A stretch of 63,954 bases of DNA, filler included, from Piptocephalis cylindrospora (Eukaryota): assembly GCA_003614145.1 (NCBI GenBank). It is 4 parts of 4 records of this genome, joined end to end, with 100 filler letters (N's around TTAATTAATTAA, not from the genome) between each part and the next. Parts side by side here need not be neighbours in the genome. Positions count along the whole stretch, not along the records: positions 17,715 to 35,294 come from KZ987852.1; positions 35,395 to 52,950 come from KZ987853.1; 2 more parts are not named here. One strand, given 5' to 3'. The notes beneath the pieces were generated by a model that saw only the letters and a program-made list of their open reading frames with translations, made no database searches and was not told the origin of the DNA. A program made the position numbers and the translations under genes. Positions 23,127 to 36,958 of the stretch are shown here, one piece after another. Position 1 is the first letter of the stretch; each line of letters starts with the position of its first letter.

Positions 23127-26100
23127 ATGCAATTTGGACAGGACCTCCGAGTAAGTTCCCGTCATTCCTCCAGGACCTCTCCTTTTGTCTTGCTCTTTCT
23201 AGAAGGAGACTTTGTTATTCTGAGCGCTTCTTCAGCAACTCAATCCCTCGTCCTAACGCTACTAATGACACTGCGCCCATCCTCCTAATCAAATAGGGAC
23301 AATTGACCGACGTATCGGAACGCCTATGCAATCACACAGCCTTTCTCGGCGAGGTCCGAGAAATGGTAAAGGAGAGGGCTCAGGCTGAAAAGGAGTATGC
23401 GAGCCGTTTGGAGGCCTTGGCGAGAAAGTACACTGTACTACGGGATAAGCGGGCTGCTGCCCTAGTTGTATCTGCTGGCGCTGCCCAATCCCTAGACCAG
23501 GCCACCCTTTCCCTCTCAATCAGTCGAAGGTAGGTTTGCAGGTGTGAATGGGTGATTAGAATGCAGTGAGGTATGGGTGATCCCATGAAAGTGCCTCCTT
23601 CTGATCCACTCCTATCCATTTCACATCAGTACGACACTCCATGCTTATGATACGTACTTGGAAGAAATGAGCACCGTTGCTCAAAATAGGTACGAGTACG
23701 CTAACCTTTTGGCGTCTGAGGTGGGCGACCGGCTGCATGCTCTGGCCCTTCGAAAGGAGGAGGCAAGAAAGAGACATATGCAGTTTGCCTCCAAACTCCT
23801 GCAAGAGCGGGCAAAAAACATTGCTGAGACCACCAAGGCTCGGTCAAAATGGGTGGAAGCTGTTGAGGAGGCAGAAAACTCTCGGGTCAAGATGGAGCGA
23901 CGCACCGATGAAAGGTCCTATGTCAAGGCAAGCTCATATTAACCTTAACTATCTTACAAGCATTTCGGAATAGCTTTGAATCTCCGCTAACTTTCATACA
24001 CATAGGCTGTTCGACAATATGAGACAAACCTAGAGGACATGTACAATTACAAAGTGAGTACCTTTTTCCCCCTTTGAGGAGCAATGAACCATACATTGAA
24101 TGATGCAACCTCGGAAAGCTCTCTAACCTTTACTGCTAACTAGAATCTGTATATCATTGCATTGCGTGTGTGCAATGATCAGAGGAAAAAGTATGCTCAT
24201 GAGGACATGCCGACCCTGTTAAATGTACGACTCTGGGATTTGATATACTTCCTGCTAGTGCGCCCCCCCTTACGCCTACATCCCTCTGCTAATTGATAGG
24301 AGCTGCAAGGTGTGGAGGAAAGTCGTACCATTCAGTTTCAGGAAACTTTGAGGGCACTTGCACGCCTCGAGCTTAGCTCCTTGGATCAGTGCAAGGTACA
24401 GCTTCAGGGGGTAATGGAGGCCGTGGACGAGATGTCTCCCAGACAGGAAGTCCACCTTTTCACTGAAACTTCTAAGGTTCAGTCCCCCGAGGATCCAGAT
24501 GTTGCCTTTGAAGGTTGTGTGACCGACGAAGACGACCAACTCTACGTCCGGGACGCCCCCAATCGTACTTACCTTGTCAATTTGATACGCAAGTCCAAGG
24601 AATTATCTCTTGAACTTGAGCCCGAAATCACTGCTAACGAGCAAAAGATTAAAGGCCAGGAGGAAAGAACCAAATCATTTCTTTCCACCGATGGAGGTGA
24701 TACCGTTGACATCACCATGGATGCCAACGATCTTCGGAATGTGAGTCGATCCTCTTTCATTTCAACACACTTCAATTGTGGATAGATGACTATTTACCTT
24801 TTGAAGGGACAATGGTGTGGGGCGCTTCTAGGCTGCACTACGCTCTCAGAATCCAACTAACTCTGATCCTTTCTTTTTCATCGTTAGCAACATATCCTCG
24901 ATTCTGAGAGGTTACTTATTCTTTTGCGTTCAAAGCTTCGAGGACATCGTGTGGAGGTTGAGCAGGTGCGACAGGCCCTGGGAGGTAAGAACTGACTGGG
25001 AAACTGATGGGGATTACCATCCACTTATCGTTCCTACTCCCTTATGTGATCGTGAATCTTGCTCATCCCTTGAAAGAACTTCCTTCCATTACCCATCCTC
25101 ATATCTTTCAATCCGCCTCCTTTACCATTCCCACTTCGTGTGACTACTGTGATACGATAATTTGGGGCATTTCCAAGCAAGGATACACATGTAAAGGTAG
25201 GTACTTCATGAATGGAAATATCTACTTCCTGCACACTACTGGAGGTCGATTCCAATAATCTTTATTTAATCCTCTTCCTATTAAATACGACTGAGCAGGT
25301 TGTGGCTATCATTGCCACTCAAAATGTGAAATGAAGGTGGATCCTCAATGCCCAGGGGAGATGAGTGAGTGGCGGAGGCAAAGAGCCATGACCCCTCCTT
25401 CTACAGCACCATCTTCAATCTCTTCCTCCGCTCGTGAACTCCTCACCCCCCAATCTATGCCAGCCTCCATCTCAGATCCTGCGATTAAGGATAATAGCGT
25501 AGAGGATAATACAGAGATTGAAGGTATTCAAGAGGATGTATCTCTTGAAGCGCAAACTCAAGCCCAGAATGGGAAGGAAGATGGGGCTGGATCGGGAGTC
25601 GGGAAAAGGGAATCGATCTCTGCTACATCCACCCACCTTCCTTCTCCATCAACCCCAGATCCCAAGAAATTGTCAGACAGTCAAAAGAAAAAGGGCAATC
25701 TAGGAGGCAATCCATACAATGGCCAGGTAAAGGAAGGACCTGCAGTCTATCGGAGACCTTCCATTCCCTCCAATTTTCGCCAACATTCTTCCAAGGCTAT
25801 CGCTACTACCACTTCCTCGAATGCACCTACCACATCATCTTCTACTCCCAGGGCAAGTATTTCTCAAAAATCTGTGAACTCCCCTATACCCTCAGTCTCC
25901 TCCAAGCGATCCGATCACCAGGGTCTCTTCGATGTCGCGGTGGATCGACCAACGCCGACTCTCATGGCCACTGCTACCGTTCTGTACGATTACACAGCCC
26001 GAACCGATATGGAACTAAGTGTAAATAAGGGTGGTCTGGTCAATGTCCTGGAGCTGGATGATGGGTCTGGTTGGGTCAAGGTAATATTCTAGGAAATGCG

Positions 26101-26654
26101 TGTGTAAATGAGGTTGATCTACTTTCCTTACTCACTCACGCACTCCTTGGAACGTTGACGTAGGCAGAGCTCAATGGTCTGGAAGGACTTGTCCCTGCAG
26201 CTTATCTATCCCTCGATGAGGACGAATCGGACGAGGAAGGGGATAGCTATACCCTGAATGAATCTATTGACCTTGGTGAGACTAAGGATAGAACCGAGCA
26301 ACTGATCAATCTTTACATAGCTAACTACCCCCTCTCGTTCTCTTTCTCTCTTCTAATGATTAGTCCAAGCCTTGTATGATTATCAAGCGCAGTCAAATCT
26401 GGAAATAAGTATTTACTCCGGAGCTATCATTGAGGTCACCAATCGAGACTGTAGTGAAGGGTGGTGGGAGGGTAAGTTAGAAAAAGGACCCTTGGATGAA
26501 GCTGGATGACTTTTGATATGATCATCATCCTCTAGATCTCATTTTATTCCTCTTTCTCATCTCCCGTACCCACATAGGACGCTTGGATGGGCAGGTTGGA
26601 AGATTCCCTGAGAGTTATGTTCATCCTTACCATTACCAGGTTGAACGAGACTGA
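23127..26654 (+). CDS. BZZ1: F-BAR / C1 / double-SH3 endocytic protein, multi-exon
   Basis: MQFGQDL...VKERAQAEKEYASRLEALARKY (F-BAR); HIFQSASFTIPTSCDYC...WGISKQGYTCKGCGYHCHSKCEMKV (C1); VLYDYTA...DDGSGWVK and ALYDYQA...GWWEG...FPESYV (two SH3). About 12 introns including one GC-AG. Confidence 0.92.
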
Positions 26655-26784
26655 TTAATAGCGCAATACAATGGGTTCATTTGTCCTATAAACCTGAACA
26701 AAAACACGATATCTCCTCACTGGCTTGACCTCAAAGAATTGCCCTTTTGCCTTTCCCCGCTGATTCCCCCCTTGCGAACGTGAA

Positions 26785-29700
26785 TTAACTAGTGCTATTA
26801 GCATGAATGAAGGACATCAAGGAGGCCAGGGTCGCTCTAGTACGTGCCCGGGGATCCAGAAGCATGGCGGTGTCTTCTGCAGAGGCCCCTGCCTGCACCC
26901 AATCCTCTGCAGATTCCAAGCCAAAGAGCTGCAGAAGCTCCCTCGGTCCGCACTCATACTTGGCGGAGGTATTGTCGGTTGGAGGAGATGCAGAGCGCCT
27001 GATTTGTCCCTTTTCTGTCGCATCGCCCTTCCATCCATTCTCACCTGGCATAATTATCCCAAAGAGATTTTCCTGGGAGAGTCGTCGTCGCATTTCCACC
27101 ATTGACTTGGACAAGGAACCTGTTGATCCAGAAGGCTCAACGGGGGCAGAACGGAGGGTCTTTGCCGATCCGTCCTCCCCCGTTCGACTACGTTTATGTC
27201 TCAAGATCCTAGGAGCAGGACAGGGCTCTTCCTCCTTGATCTCCTCTTCCTCACTATCCTTCTCATCCCCTGGGGCTGATCTCTTCCCCGCAGTTCCCTC
27301 TGGGGTGGAGGGCGCCTTCCTCAAGCCTCTTTGAAGTTCCCTTTTCTTCTTCATCAATTCATACTCTTCCTCTTCCCCTTCATCCTCCTCGGGCACGGCG
27401 GCCAGGTAGCTTACACCTCCCCTGGACCCAAGGGAAAGCTGGGAGATTTGCTCAAGTGCAACGGCCATATCTACTTCCATCTGAGCGCACATTTCCTCCT
27501 CCACAATTCCATGCTCCTCTCTGATCAGCTCCTCCTCCTGGAGTATTTTTTCCATCATTTCCTCCTCTCCATCCCCTTCATGGATTCCCGTTCTCCCAAG
27601 CCCCATCTCCTCCATCTCGCTATCATTGGAACCACTGGGATTGGGCAAGTCCCTGACAATGGGAAGGGAAAGTAGAGAGCCCTCGAGACGACGAGCCTCT
27701 TTTTCGCTCCTTACCTTAATTTCATAGGATACACTTCTAGAGTTCTCGCCCTCCTCTTCTTTGGTGGTCACAGTGACTGTCAACGAAGAGCGAATGACAT
27801 TGGAGAATTGTGGAGGAAGCTGAACTTGTAGCACCTCTTCGTGCAACTCACTAGATACCAGAAACATCCTACGGGATCTGTCGGATCGAAGGAGATGGAC
27901 ATACAGTCTCCCAAGGCCCACCAGCCTTTCTTTCCCATCCTCTTTGGCGTACACCTTGGCAATTTCATCAAAAATTTCTTCCTCATGCTCATAACCAGGT
28001 CCATAGCATGAGATGAAGCTATCAGAGGCCTTGAAGGTGGAGTCGTGCTTTGCGGCTACAAAAAGTTCCTCAAGAGCAGTGGATTCTTGGGGCTCTCGAC
28101 TTCTTAGAAGAATGGCACGTGCCGAGCTGTCTGGGGCTGGAAGGACGGCAATGAGGTTCCGAGGATCAATGCGTTTGATGGAAGTGTCAGGATGTACCCA
28201 GGCCTGGAAGCAGGTTCGACTGGACCCGGCCATAGCTAGGGAAAATGCAGCGCATTGAGTAGTGGTACTTTGGAATTCGGCTTGGCACACGCCTAGCTCC
28301 TCCCAATTTCCCTTTGGGCCACGGATGTAGGCATTGACCCGTCCGATGGATAAAAGAGTACCGGTAATGGCAATAATATTTGCGGGCCCTGTACTGGCCA
28401 AGCGGGCGCGTTCCGCGTCCAGAAGGCGTAAGCAAGCGGTAGCTTCCTTCCTTGAGGGAAACTCGACACAATACCGATTATGAATGAATAATCTGGTGGG
28501 ACCAGTCCTCTCCAGCTGCGTCTCCGGGAGGAGCCAAACGGCCACTGTGGCCGGATTCTCTCGATCATCCCATGGGGAGGGGCGTTCCTCATAGATGAGC
28601 AGGAAGGGCCTTCCTCGACGCCGAGTAGTCACTCCTTTGTCCGAATCATCCTCGTCATTCATCTCATCCTCATCCTTTTCGGATGGTGAGCATGGAGCTC
28701 GACGCAGTTCAAAGGTGGCTAAATCATCTCTCATCCACCGAAGTTCCCCTTCAATGTTGTGCCGCATCATCCAAGTCTTACATCGTCGGACCTTACAGAC
28801 ACGTTCAGTGCCCTCCAAGGAGACCGGGGGCTGGATGGCACGCGTCTGTGCCTTGACTATCATATTCCCTGCTCCAGACACCATTCCGGTCAGAGTCGTA
28901 AGCTTACTGACTCCTGATATGCTGGAATTCCCATTGATTGTCATGGTGATTACCGAAGCAGCCTTGTCTAATCCTTCTTCTATGTGAAGAGTTAATCATC
29001 TTCTTTATAATGTATCTACCTTTCCTATGAACACAAATTTTAAGCTTACTTTGGCTGGTGGTGGATCCACCATTGACCACCTCTTGGTCAGAGGATGCTC
29101 CTCCAGACCACTCATGCTTTATCAGCGTGGTTGAAGCCTGTAGGAGGAATAAACGTTTCCTCTCAATAATCAACTCCATGAGGTTTTCTAGTCCTTTTTT
29201 TGTTGATTAAAGGTAAATAGTGGCTAATTAGTAACCCAATGTGAAAAATACATCTATCAAGGAGGGGTGATACATGCAAGAGCATTTACCTCGCTGATCT
29301 GGATATGGGCGGATGTGAAAGTGGTCTACGTGTACAGGAGGATAAAGAAGACTTAGCCGGTAAGGAGAAGGTGAGAGCTTTTTGTTCTTCACCGGAGGTA
29401 CTGGGGCACAAAGGAGGAGTTGGTCCGTTAGGAGAAGGAGAATCATGGGTCGTCGAGCCGACTTGGGACCAAGCGACTTTCTATAATCGATGCACTCAAA
29501 GGACTCCTCAGCCACGAACCGACGACATGTCACTGATCCTGGGTCAGCCAGTGTCATAGTGACGGGCCTCTATGGAAGCGATAGAAATTCGGAAGAGGAT
29601 AGATGTAAAGATCAGTTCTTAGATGCAAGGACGCTATCTAAATATTTCATGGATTCAGTAGATATACCTTGACTGGACCGTCAGAAAATTCCTTTACGTT

Positions 29701-30683
29701 GCTGCAATCAATAGATTCCTCCAGTACCCGTAGATCGGACCATTCCATTACGCATCTGGAAGCCTCAACCTCTAGAGAAAGTATTTTATCCAATTGAGCC
29801 ATGGACTCATGCATCATTGGATGGGGACGAACGGTCTAAAGTTGTCATCGAAGAGGAGGGAGCTGATCAGAATGATATACTGTAGATCGTGCTTTCTTCG
29901 ACGCTATTCCAGGGATAAAATGCACAGACACATACCTCCAGCGTCTCATTAAGGGCCTTCAAATGTTGCAAAGGGCACTGAGACCACTCAATTAGAGAGT
30001 ATTTTCCCACCTGAACCCCTTGTTTCCCTATGTAATCCAACGTGGCGTGAAGGCCTGCATAACCCTGCAAATACTCTGTGCATCCCAACTCCATCTTCTC
30101 CAGTCTTTCCACTGCCCATCTTAGCAAGGTGTCAGGGGAGCAAACCTTCTCCAAGGACTAGAGGGAGAGCGGATGGATAGAATGGATGGGTTTAGTCATT
30201 ATTGTTGGGTGTATGAGAATCGATCCTCGTCGGCGGATTGGGCCCAAAGCAGAAAGTATTTGGGCTACCTTAAGAGAAGCCTGGGTGAGACGAAGGAATG
30301 AAGGGATCAGCATGGCCTCGGAGCAAGGAGGCTTGGGGCTCATAAGTTGTTGGATGCAGGGTAACCAGACCTATAAGGATTTTATTGAAAGATGGGTGAA
30401 TGAACGATCTGAGGAATAATTGGGGTGTGCTCAGTCACCTTTTCTCACGCACCTTGCACATGTCCTGGCAGTGAGCTTCGTACGCACGTTCCAAATGATG
30501 AATGCGAGAATAAATCTTTTGCCACGCAGGAATGTCGTTTTCTTCTTCAGCTCTTTCGTGACCCGTGCTCTCATGGATGGGGTGAGACACAGAAGTGGGG
30601 GAGCCCATGGAAGCGTCATGGACATCATGGTCAGATGCCGCATCATTTGTTCCATGGCAAGGGAGGTTGGAAAGACCGAGCAT
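26785..30683 (-). CDS. Hypothetical multi-exon protein with DH-like N-terminus and tandem PH-like domains
   Basis: A 719-aa terminal ORF plus upstream exon-like ORFs (LERAYEAHCQDM, PLQHLKAL, LLLLTDQLLLC...LLYPP) bounded by GT-AG introns. Domain assignment is by resemblance only; the start is uncertain. Confidence 0.5.
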
Positions 30684-32337
30684 GGAGGAGGAATGAGGAA
30701 ATAAGTGTACTAGGAGATATAATTTAGGGTTTTTGACGTGTTTTAATGTCTAAGTAGAGGTTTAGGTATGGTGAGCGCGAGGTCGAAATGTGTTAGGAGG
30801 AGAGGCAAGAAAGGGAAGAGTTACAGGCTAAAGGAGGTGCATGACAGGTGGAAATGGGAGTGTATTATATATGGTCTTGGGGGAAATGGAGGAGACATAT
30901 GCTACCACTATGTAAAACCCCATGAATAACTTCTCCTGAATCATTCTGGAGAAGACTGCTTAGGATGTTAGGGGAATATGGGGCGTTATGGGGGGGCTCC
31001 CCTGAAATGGACGGTTGCCATCCTTTTCCTTTTGGAGGGATATCTCGTAATCGCGGATCCTTGAGCTCTTATCCTGACAACTGCTACCAAGGCCCATTTT
31101 TTATCTGTCCAGGATAATGGACAGTGTGGATTAATTTCGAGGTTCACCAGGACTTAGGATATATTTTCCCTGTCATGAGTCATACGAAGATTAAGGGGAT
31201 GCTTCAATCTGTTCTCCTTTTCAGTGTTGCCCCATGGTAACCTGGATTTTACCTCTGATAGACTCCCCTGATTCATGGATCGATCAGGTATTATTATGTG
31301 GGAGGGCCATGCTTCTCCCTATGTTCGTGTGACATAAACCTAAAGGTATCTTCGATGATTTGGTTTGTCACATAAATGATTCATCATCAACAAACGTATC
31401 ACTCTATTTGACCTCCAGAGAATTGATTCAGGGGGGAAGGGAAGGGGAGGAAGAGTATTCCTTTTCCCTTCATGTTATTTTCCCAACCGGCATGCTCTTT
31501 GCTGCTTAGGGGCTGTCACAAGCTATAAGCATTCATTCATGACGCACCGGCCGGATTGAACTTTCGAAACTAAAGAGTCCATGCAGCTCAGTTTTAAGAC
31601 ACTCGATATTTGATCACTGGGGAGATCCACTACTTAGTCTTGGATAGGGACAACGTTTACCTTGGCGCATCCTTTAAGAGTCGGTCCGATGACTGATCTG
31701 TACATATTTGGCTACTCCCTCAGTTGAGAGAAAGGATACCCTTCTGATTTAATCCAGAGTGTCGGTCAGAGCGCATAAACCCTGAGAAAAGGGGTAAGGT
31801 GGGGAGACTCCGCCCCTTCCCGCCCAGCACCATCGCTCAAGCAGAGCACAAGGCTGGGCGCTCCATCTCCATCCTCAGAAATGGGGTTCTACAGGCCATG
31901 GTCCTTCGCCTCGGCCCGCTCAGCTCAGCTCAGCTCGGCAATGGATCACTGGCCCTACGTCTCCCCACTAGGGTGACTAGTCTGTGTCCAACCAAATGCA
32001 TCTCCCCCTCTCCCCCCTCTCTCCCACACCTTGGCTGTCCACGTCTATCCTGTGCTGGTGCTGCGGTGCTTAAAATAATCAACCCTTCCACGCCACCATC
32101 CCACAAGTATCCTTTCTTAGGCTTCGTGTGTACTTTCTTCCTGCTCTTACATTGCCGCCTCGCCCATCCTCTCTTTACCCTTCTCCCCCATCTCCCGTAT
32201 ACCCTACACTCTGCCTGACACGGTCTCCAACCTCAACGCATCCCACCTTGTCCCAACATCACCACCCACCCTACCCTGTGTTTTTACCAAGGATTAGGTT
32301 TGCTCCAGCCAACAACACACAATCCCCAAACTTCACA

Positions 32338-35236
32338 ATGCTGGCATCAACCAGGCTATGGCTTGGTTCCGCGTCATCAACCCAGTCCCCCATGCTCAGA
32401 CCACCCCCACTTCTCCTCCCCTTCCTCTTGCCCCTTCTTCTTCTGGTCAATCACCATGTCTTGGCTGGGCCGTCAGCACCTACACATGACTGGGACCACG
32501 AGTCCCACCAGTACTACGCGGTTGATTTGGCCGAGATGGACCTGTCGCCTCACGAGGCCTTCTCCACCTTGGGCCTACGTTACCTCGGCCCAGCGGGGGA
32601 CATCCACGGGTATCACTTTGTCTCGATGCCCCGGAACCTAGAACGTCATGGGGAGGAGGAGCAGGCTCTGGACCAGTCTGACCCTCTCACCGAATACCTT
32701 GCTCATCTACGCACCCACATTTACGGCCCCCTTCATCCCACCCAACGCCAGGTTCTAGAGGCTATCCGGGGGATGGAACCTCAGGTACCCCGAAGGCATC
32801 TTGTGTCCCGCAGCGCTATTCCGGCTCCCCCATTCCCTCCACCGGGAAGAAGACCCACACTGGCCGACTCCCTTGGTATTCATGACCCAGGCTTCCACAG
32901 GCAGTGGCATCTGCATAATGTGGACAACCCAGGAAAAGACATTAATGTTACCGGGGTCTGGGCTCAGAATGTGACGGGGAAGGGCGTTATTGTCACCATC
33001 ATCGACGATGGCCTCGATTACGACAGTGCAGATCTCCGAGGTAACTTTTATGCTGAAGGCTCTTATGACTTTAACGATCATCAAGCCCTTCCCCAGCCTA
33101 AGTTGTCCGATGATCTGCACGGGACACGGTGTGCCGGGGAAATTGCTGCAATGCGCAATGATGTGTGTGGAGTTGGTGTTGCTTATGACGCCAAGGTGGC
33201 CGGAGTTCGTATTCTCTCCGGGGCTTTGACCGATGCGGATGAAGCATTGGCCTTAAACTACGGGTATCAGGCTAGCTCCATCTACTCTTGCTCATGGGGT
33301 CCACCAGATGACGGTGCAGCCGTCGATGCTCCCAATGGCATTGTACTTCGAGCCATGCTTACGGGTGTTGAAAAAGGTCGTGCGGGTAAGGGTACCCTAT
33401 TTGTCTTTGCCTCGGGCAATGGGGGGGCCCTCGAAGACAACTGTAACTTCGATGGATATACCAACAGTGTTTACACCATCACCATTGGAGCGGTCGATCG
33501 GAATGGCCAGCATCCCTTTTACGCTGAAGTTTGCTCTGGACAACTTGCCGTGAGTTTTTCCAGTGGCTCCGGTGGCTACATTGTAAGTTCAATGAAAGAG
33601 GGAAAGTAGCTTTCATCTTTTCCGCATTGACTCACCCACTCGCTCATCCACTCATTCATTCATACCCTTTTTATTCCTATCAAGTTCACTACGGATGTTG
33701 GGCTGAACAAATGTTCAACCACCCATGGTGGTACATCAGCAGCAGCTCCTCTGGTCGCTGGAATATATGCCCTCGTCCTTTCCGTCCGTCCTGATCTTAC
33801 CTGGAGGGATGCACAATATCTCCTGGTCCATACCGCCATCCCTATAAACGATCCGGGAGAAGGAAGAAGGGCGGAAAATGTGGCTCAAGCTTCCTGGTTC
33901 ACTAATGGAGCAGGTCGACGATATAGCTACATGTTTGGGTATGGAGTGGCTGATGCATACCGGATGGTGGAGGAAGCCAAGGTCTGGGATCTAGTGGGGC
34001 CCCAGACATGGCATGAATGGCCCACCGTCAGTGTCAACCAGGTCCTGCCCCAGGAGAGAACCCGGCTCCGGCCTCCACCCATTCCCTCTGCCTTCCTCCC
34101 CCCCCCCGACCATGCCAGAGTCCATTGCAGAACGTGGGGTCAATTCGACCTTGCTGGTCAAGGCCGAAGAGATCAAGGCCGCGGGTATCCGATCTCTAGA
34201 GCATGTCACTGTAAAGGTCTTCATTAGTCATCAGAGACGTGGGGACGTCCAGGTCACTTTGTACTCTCCCCATGGGTCTATTTCCATACTGGCACCAGCA
34301 CGACAGAGAGATAAGTCCCGCCATGGCTTTCAAAACTGGACCTTCATGAGCGTTACCCATTGGGAGGAGCCAATGGAGGGAGAGTGGACTTTAAACGTTC
34401 GGGATATGCGCCATCCAGATCGCACGGGTGTTTTTCACAACTGGACCTTGAGGCTCTGGGGTGAAGCCGAAGACGCCTCCTTTGCCAAACTTCCCCTTCA
34501 TGATGGCTCCCTTCCTCCCTCCATGGTTCCCACGGATGATCTTCCTCCTCCGGCCCCGGAAGAAGGGGAGGCCAAGCCCAAGAAAAAGCCCATATTTCAA
34601 GATGAGCAGAAGGGGCAGGTGGGTGAACAAGAGGGGCAAGTAGGTGAGCAGGAGGGGCAGATGAGTGAGCAACATGAGGAGACGGCCATGGGCAAGGTTG
34701 TGCGCTTTATCGAGATCATCCTCTTCGGTGTGCTGGGTCTTGGACTTCTTGGGGTGGCCCTGTGGTTGGGTCGAAGAATGCCGCTTCCCAGGCCGCTGGA
34801 TCGACTAAGGCGTCGATGGGGATGGGGTGGTCCAGAGGACCCATCAGCCATTCATGACTATGATTTCACGGCCCTTCAGGAAATGCCCTCTTCTGAAGGA
34901 GTCAGTGGGGATGGACGTATGGTCGGGATCGAAGGAGGGGGATCCCGTACATCCCGAGGAGGCCCTACCATGGTGGCAGGACTGGAAGGGGGCGGTATGG
35001 GTACCTCCTCCAACACCCGGTCCATGGGTCACATTAGTAAGGAGGTGTTCGATGCATTTGGAGAAGGAGAGGATGATGAGGATTATCATGATGACGAAGA
35101 TGGGGAGGGAGGAGAAGTGTTTTTTGAAAACGACACAGATGCCGATGAGATCGATGATTTGACCGATCGACCGCGACGAGGGAGCTGGGAGGATTACTCT
35201 GATGTCATCACTGATCATCCTCGGGACACCTCCTGA
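32338..35236 (+). CDS. KEX2: Kexin (subtilisin-like proprotein convertase); apparent 1-nt frameshift at a C10 run
   Basis: IIDDGLDY, HGTRCAGEIAA, SCSWGPPDDG, FASGNGG, NCNFDGYTNS, HGGTSAAAP (after intron 33583-33684), P-domain LEHVTV...HQRRGD, a TM helix and an acidic tail with YDF. Confidence 0.95.
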
Positions 35237-35294
35237 TTCCCTCTCTGGAAGTGCGAGCGACGGGAAAAGGAGGATTACGGGGTGATGGGAGATG

Positions 35295-35394
35295 NNNNNN
35301 NNNNNNNNNNNNNNNNNNNNNNNNNNNNNNNNNNNNNNTTAATTAATTAANNNNNNNNNNNNNNNNNNNNNNNNNNNNNNNNNNNNNNNNNNNN
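35295..35394. other. Assembly gap with artificial linker
   Basis: N-run / TTAATTAATTAA / N-run. Confidence 0.97.
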
Positions 35395-36958
35395 GACAAG
35401 GGTTTAGAACACAGACGAGCCTGGGAGTGAATAGATGTAAAGGAAGGCGAGTCGGAGTTTCCCCAAAATATCTGGCCAAGCAGATTTAAAGCTCCGCTTA
35501 ACGGGGTCAAAAATCCTCTCAGAGCGGAGAGTGAATATACCACTAGTGTCGGAGTTTAGATTCTCCCCTTCCAAGGGGCCTCTATCAGATGATTGGGCTG
35601 TGGGTTAAGGTTAGTGGAACACCGTTCGATATATATACTCAGACACTTTGGGCCGCATCTTGGCTCTCTCCCTCCGACGCGAATTTTCGCTCTCCGACAC
35701 CGGCTTTTACTGCCTAGCATCGATTCACACCAGTAAGGCTGGTAAGGAGATGCCAGCTCCGATGTAGAGCTGATTTTAGACTCCGAGTCCCTTCTTGAGC
35801 TCCCGGAGTTTAAGATAAGATGAGGATGGCGGAGGAACGGGAGAGAGAGCAGGGACTGCCATTACTGGATTTGGGTGGGGTGGGAGAACCCACTGTAGGC
35901 TCAGCATATCCACTGGGAGTCAGGTATAGCCAAGGGAAATAGCAAACAGGGAAGGGGGGGAAGAGAAAGCTCTTTCCTCTTCATCTTTAAGGGATCTACT
36001 GCAATGGCGCCGCTCCTGCTAGGAGATAAGAATAAAAGGACGGTTCAATTCAAGTCCTGCTTTTGAGGCAAAGACGCTAGCCTTTGAGGTCCGATGGAAG
36101 GAGGAGAGGGAAAAGAATCAAAGAATCAGTAAGAGGATGACTCCTACAGGGTGTTCCATATTCTTAACGGCTATACACGATTGACATCTCTATATGCCAG
36201 GCCAACGAGCAGGAGGGGGATACTGATCTCCAATACAGAAGGCTAGTATAGATATCTACGTTGTCTTTCTTTCCAGACGCTTCCTCTACCCTTATGAATT
36301 TTCAAGGCCCCACTTGCATTGCTGGTATGATTAGCTAGGAAGGCACGCTTGACCTTGCCCTATTTCCTCCTCAAGCCATGAATGCCTCCCGAGAAAAGGA
36401 GAGAATGAGGAAATGGATCATTTGCCTGGATTGAAGGGTGATTATGGAATAGAGATTACGCCATACCAATACTTCCTTGTATAAAGCCCGATGAGCCTTG
36501 TACTGTGTCCTGAATTTTTTTGGAAGGGTGTCTATACCTTCGTTGATGTTCACACTAGTGATCAGTCTCCATCCATCCTAAACGCTAGTGATTTACGAGG
36601 GTAGGGATTGAGCCCATAATGTCTTACCTTTACGATGGGTGTACCTGGATGCTCGGTAGTCCAACCACTACTTAGCAAATGTGACACAAATTTATCCTTT
36701 CACATGTTTTCGTCCTTTTGCTTTGCCACAACTGTAAGTATGAATCATCTCATTCATCTCCACTGACGATGATAAGATGAAGGGAGTAGGATATAAATGA
36801 GATGGCCATGACTCATCATCCTTCCTAATGTCCCTTGATAACAATGTGTGGTCGTCAATACAAGGTTGCCAAGTCCTACAAACGAAACATCGTTTCCTTT
36901 TCCCTTTTCCTTCTCTTCCCTCCCCTCTTTTTCCAACAGTTGAAGCCCTTCCACCACC

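Noticed and set aside
31328..31750. Small hairpin (TGTGACATAAACC...GGTTTGTCACA) and a CGATGA...CTGA pair suggesting an ncRNA
   Set aside because: Degenerate box C, no terminal stem or recognisable rRNA guide; insufficient support.
34612..34672. 21-bp repeats (GQVGEQE) in KEX2
   Set aside because: Ordinary low-complexity expansion in the juxtamembrane linker.
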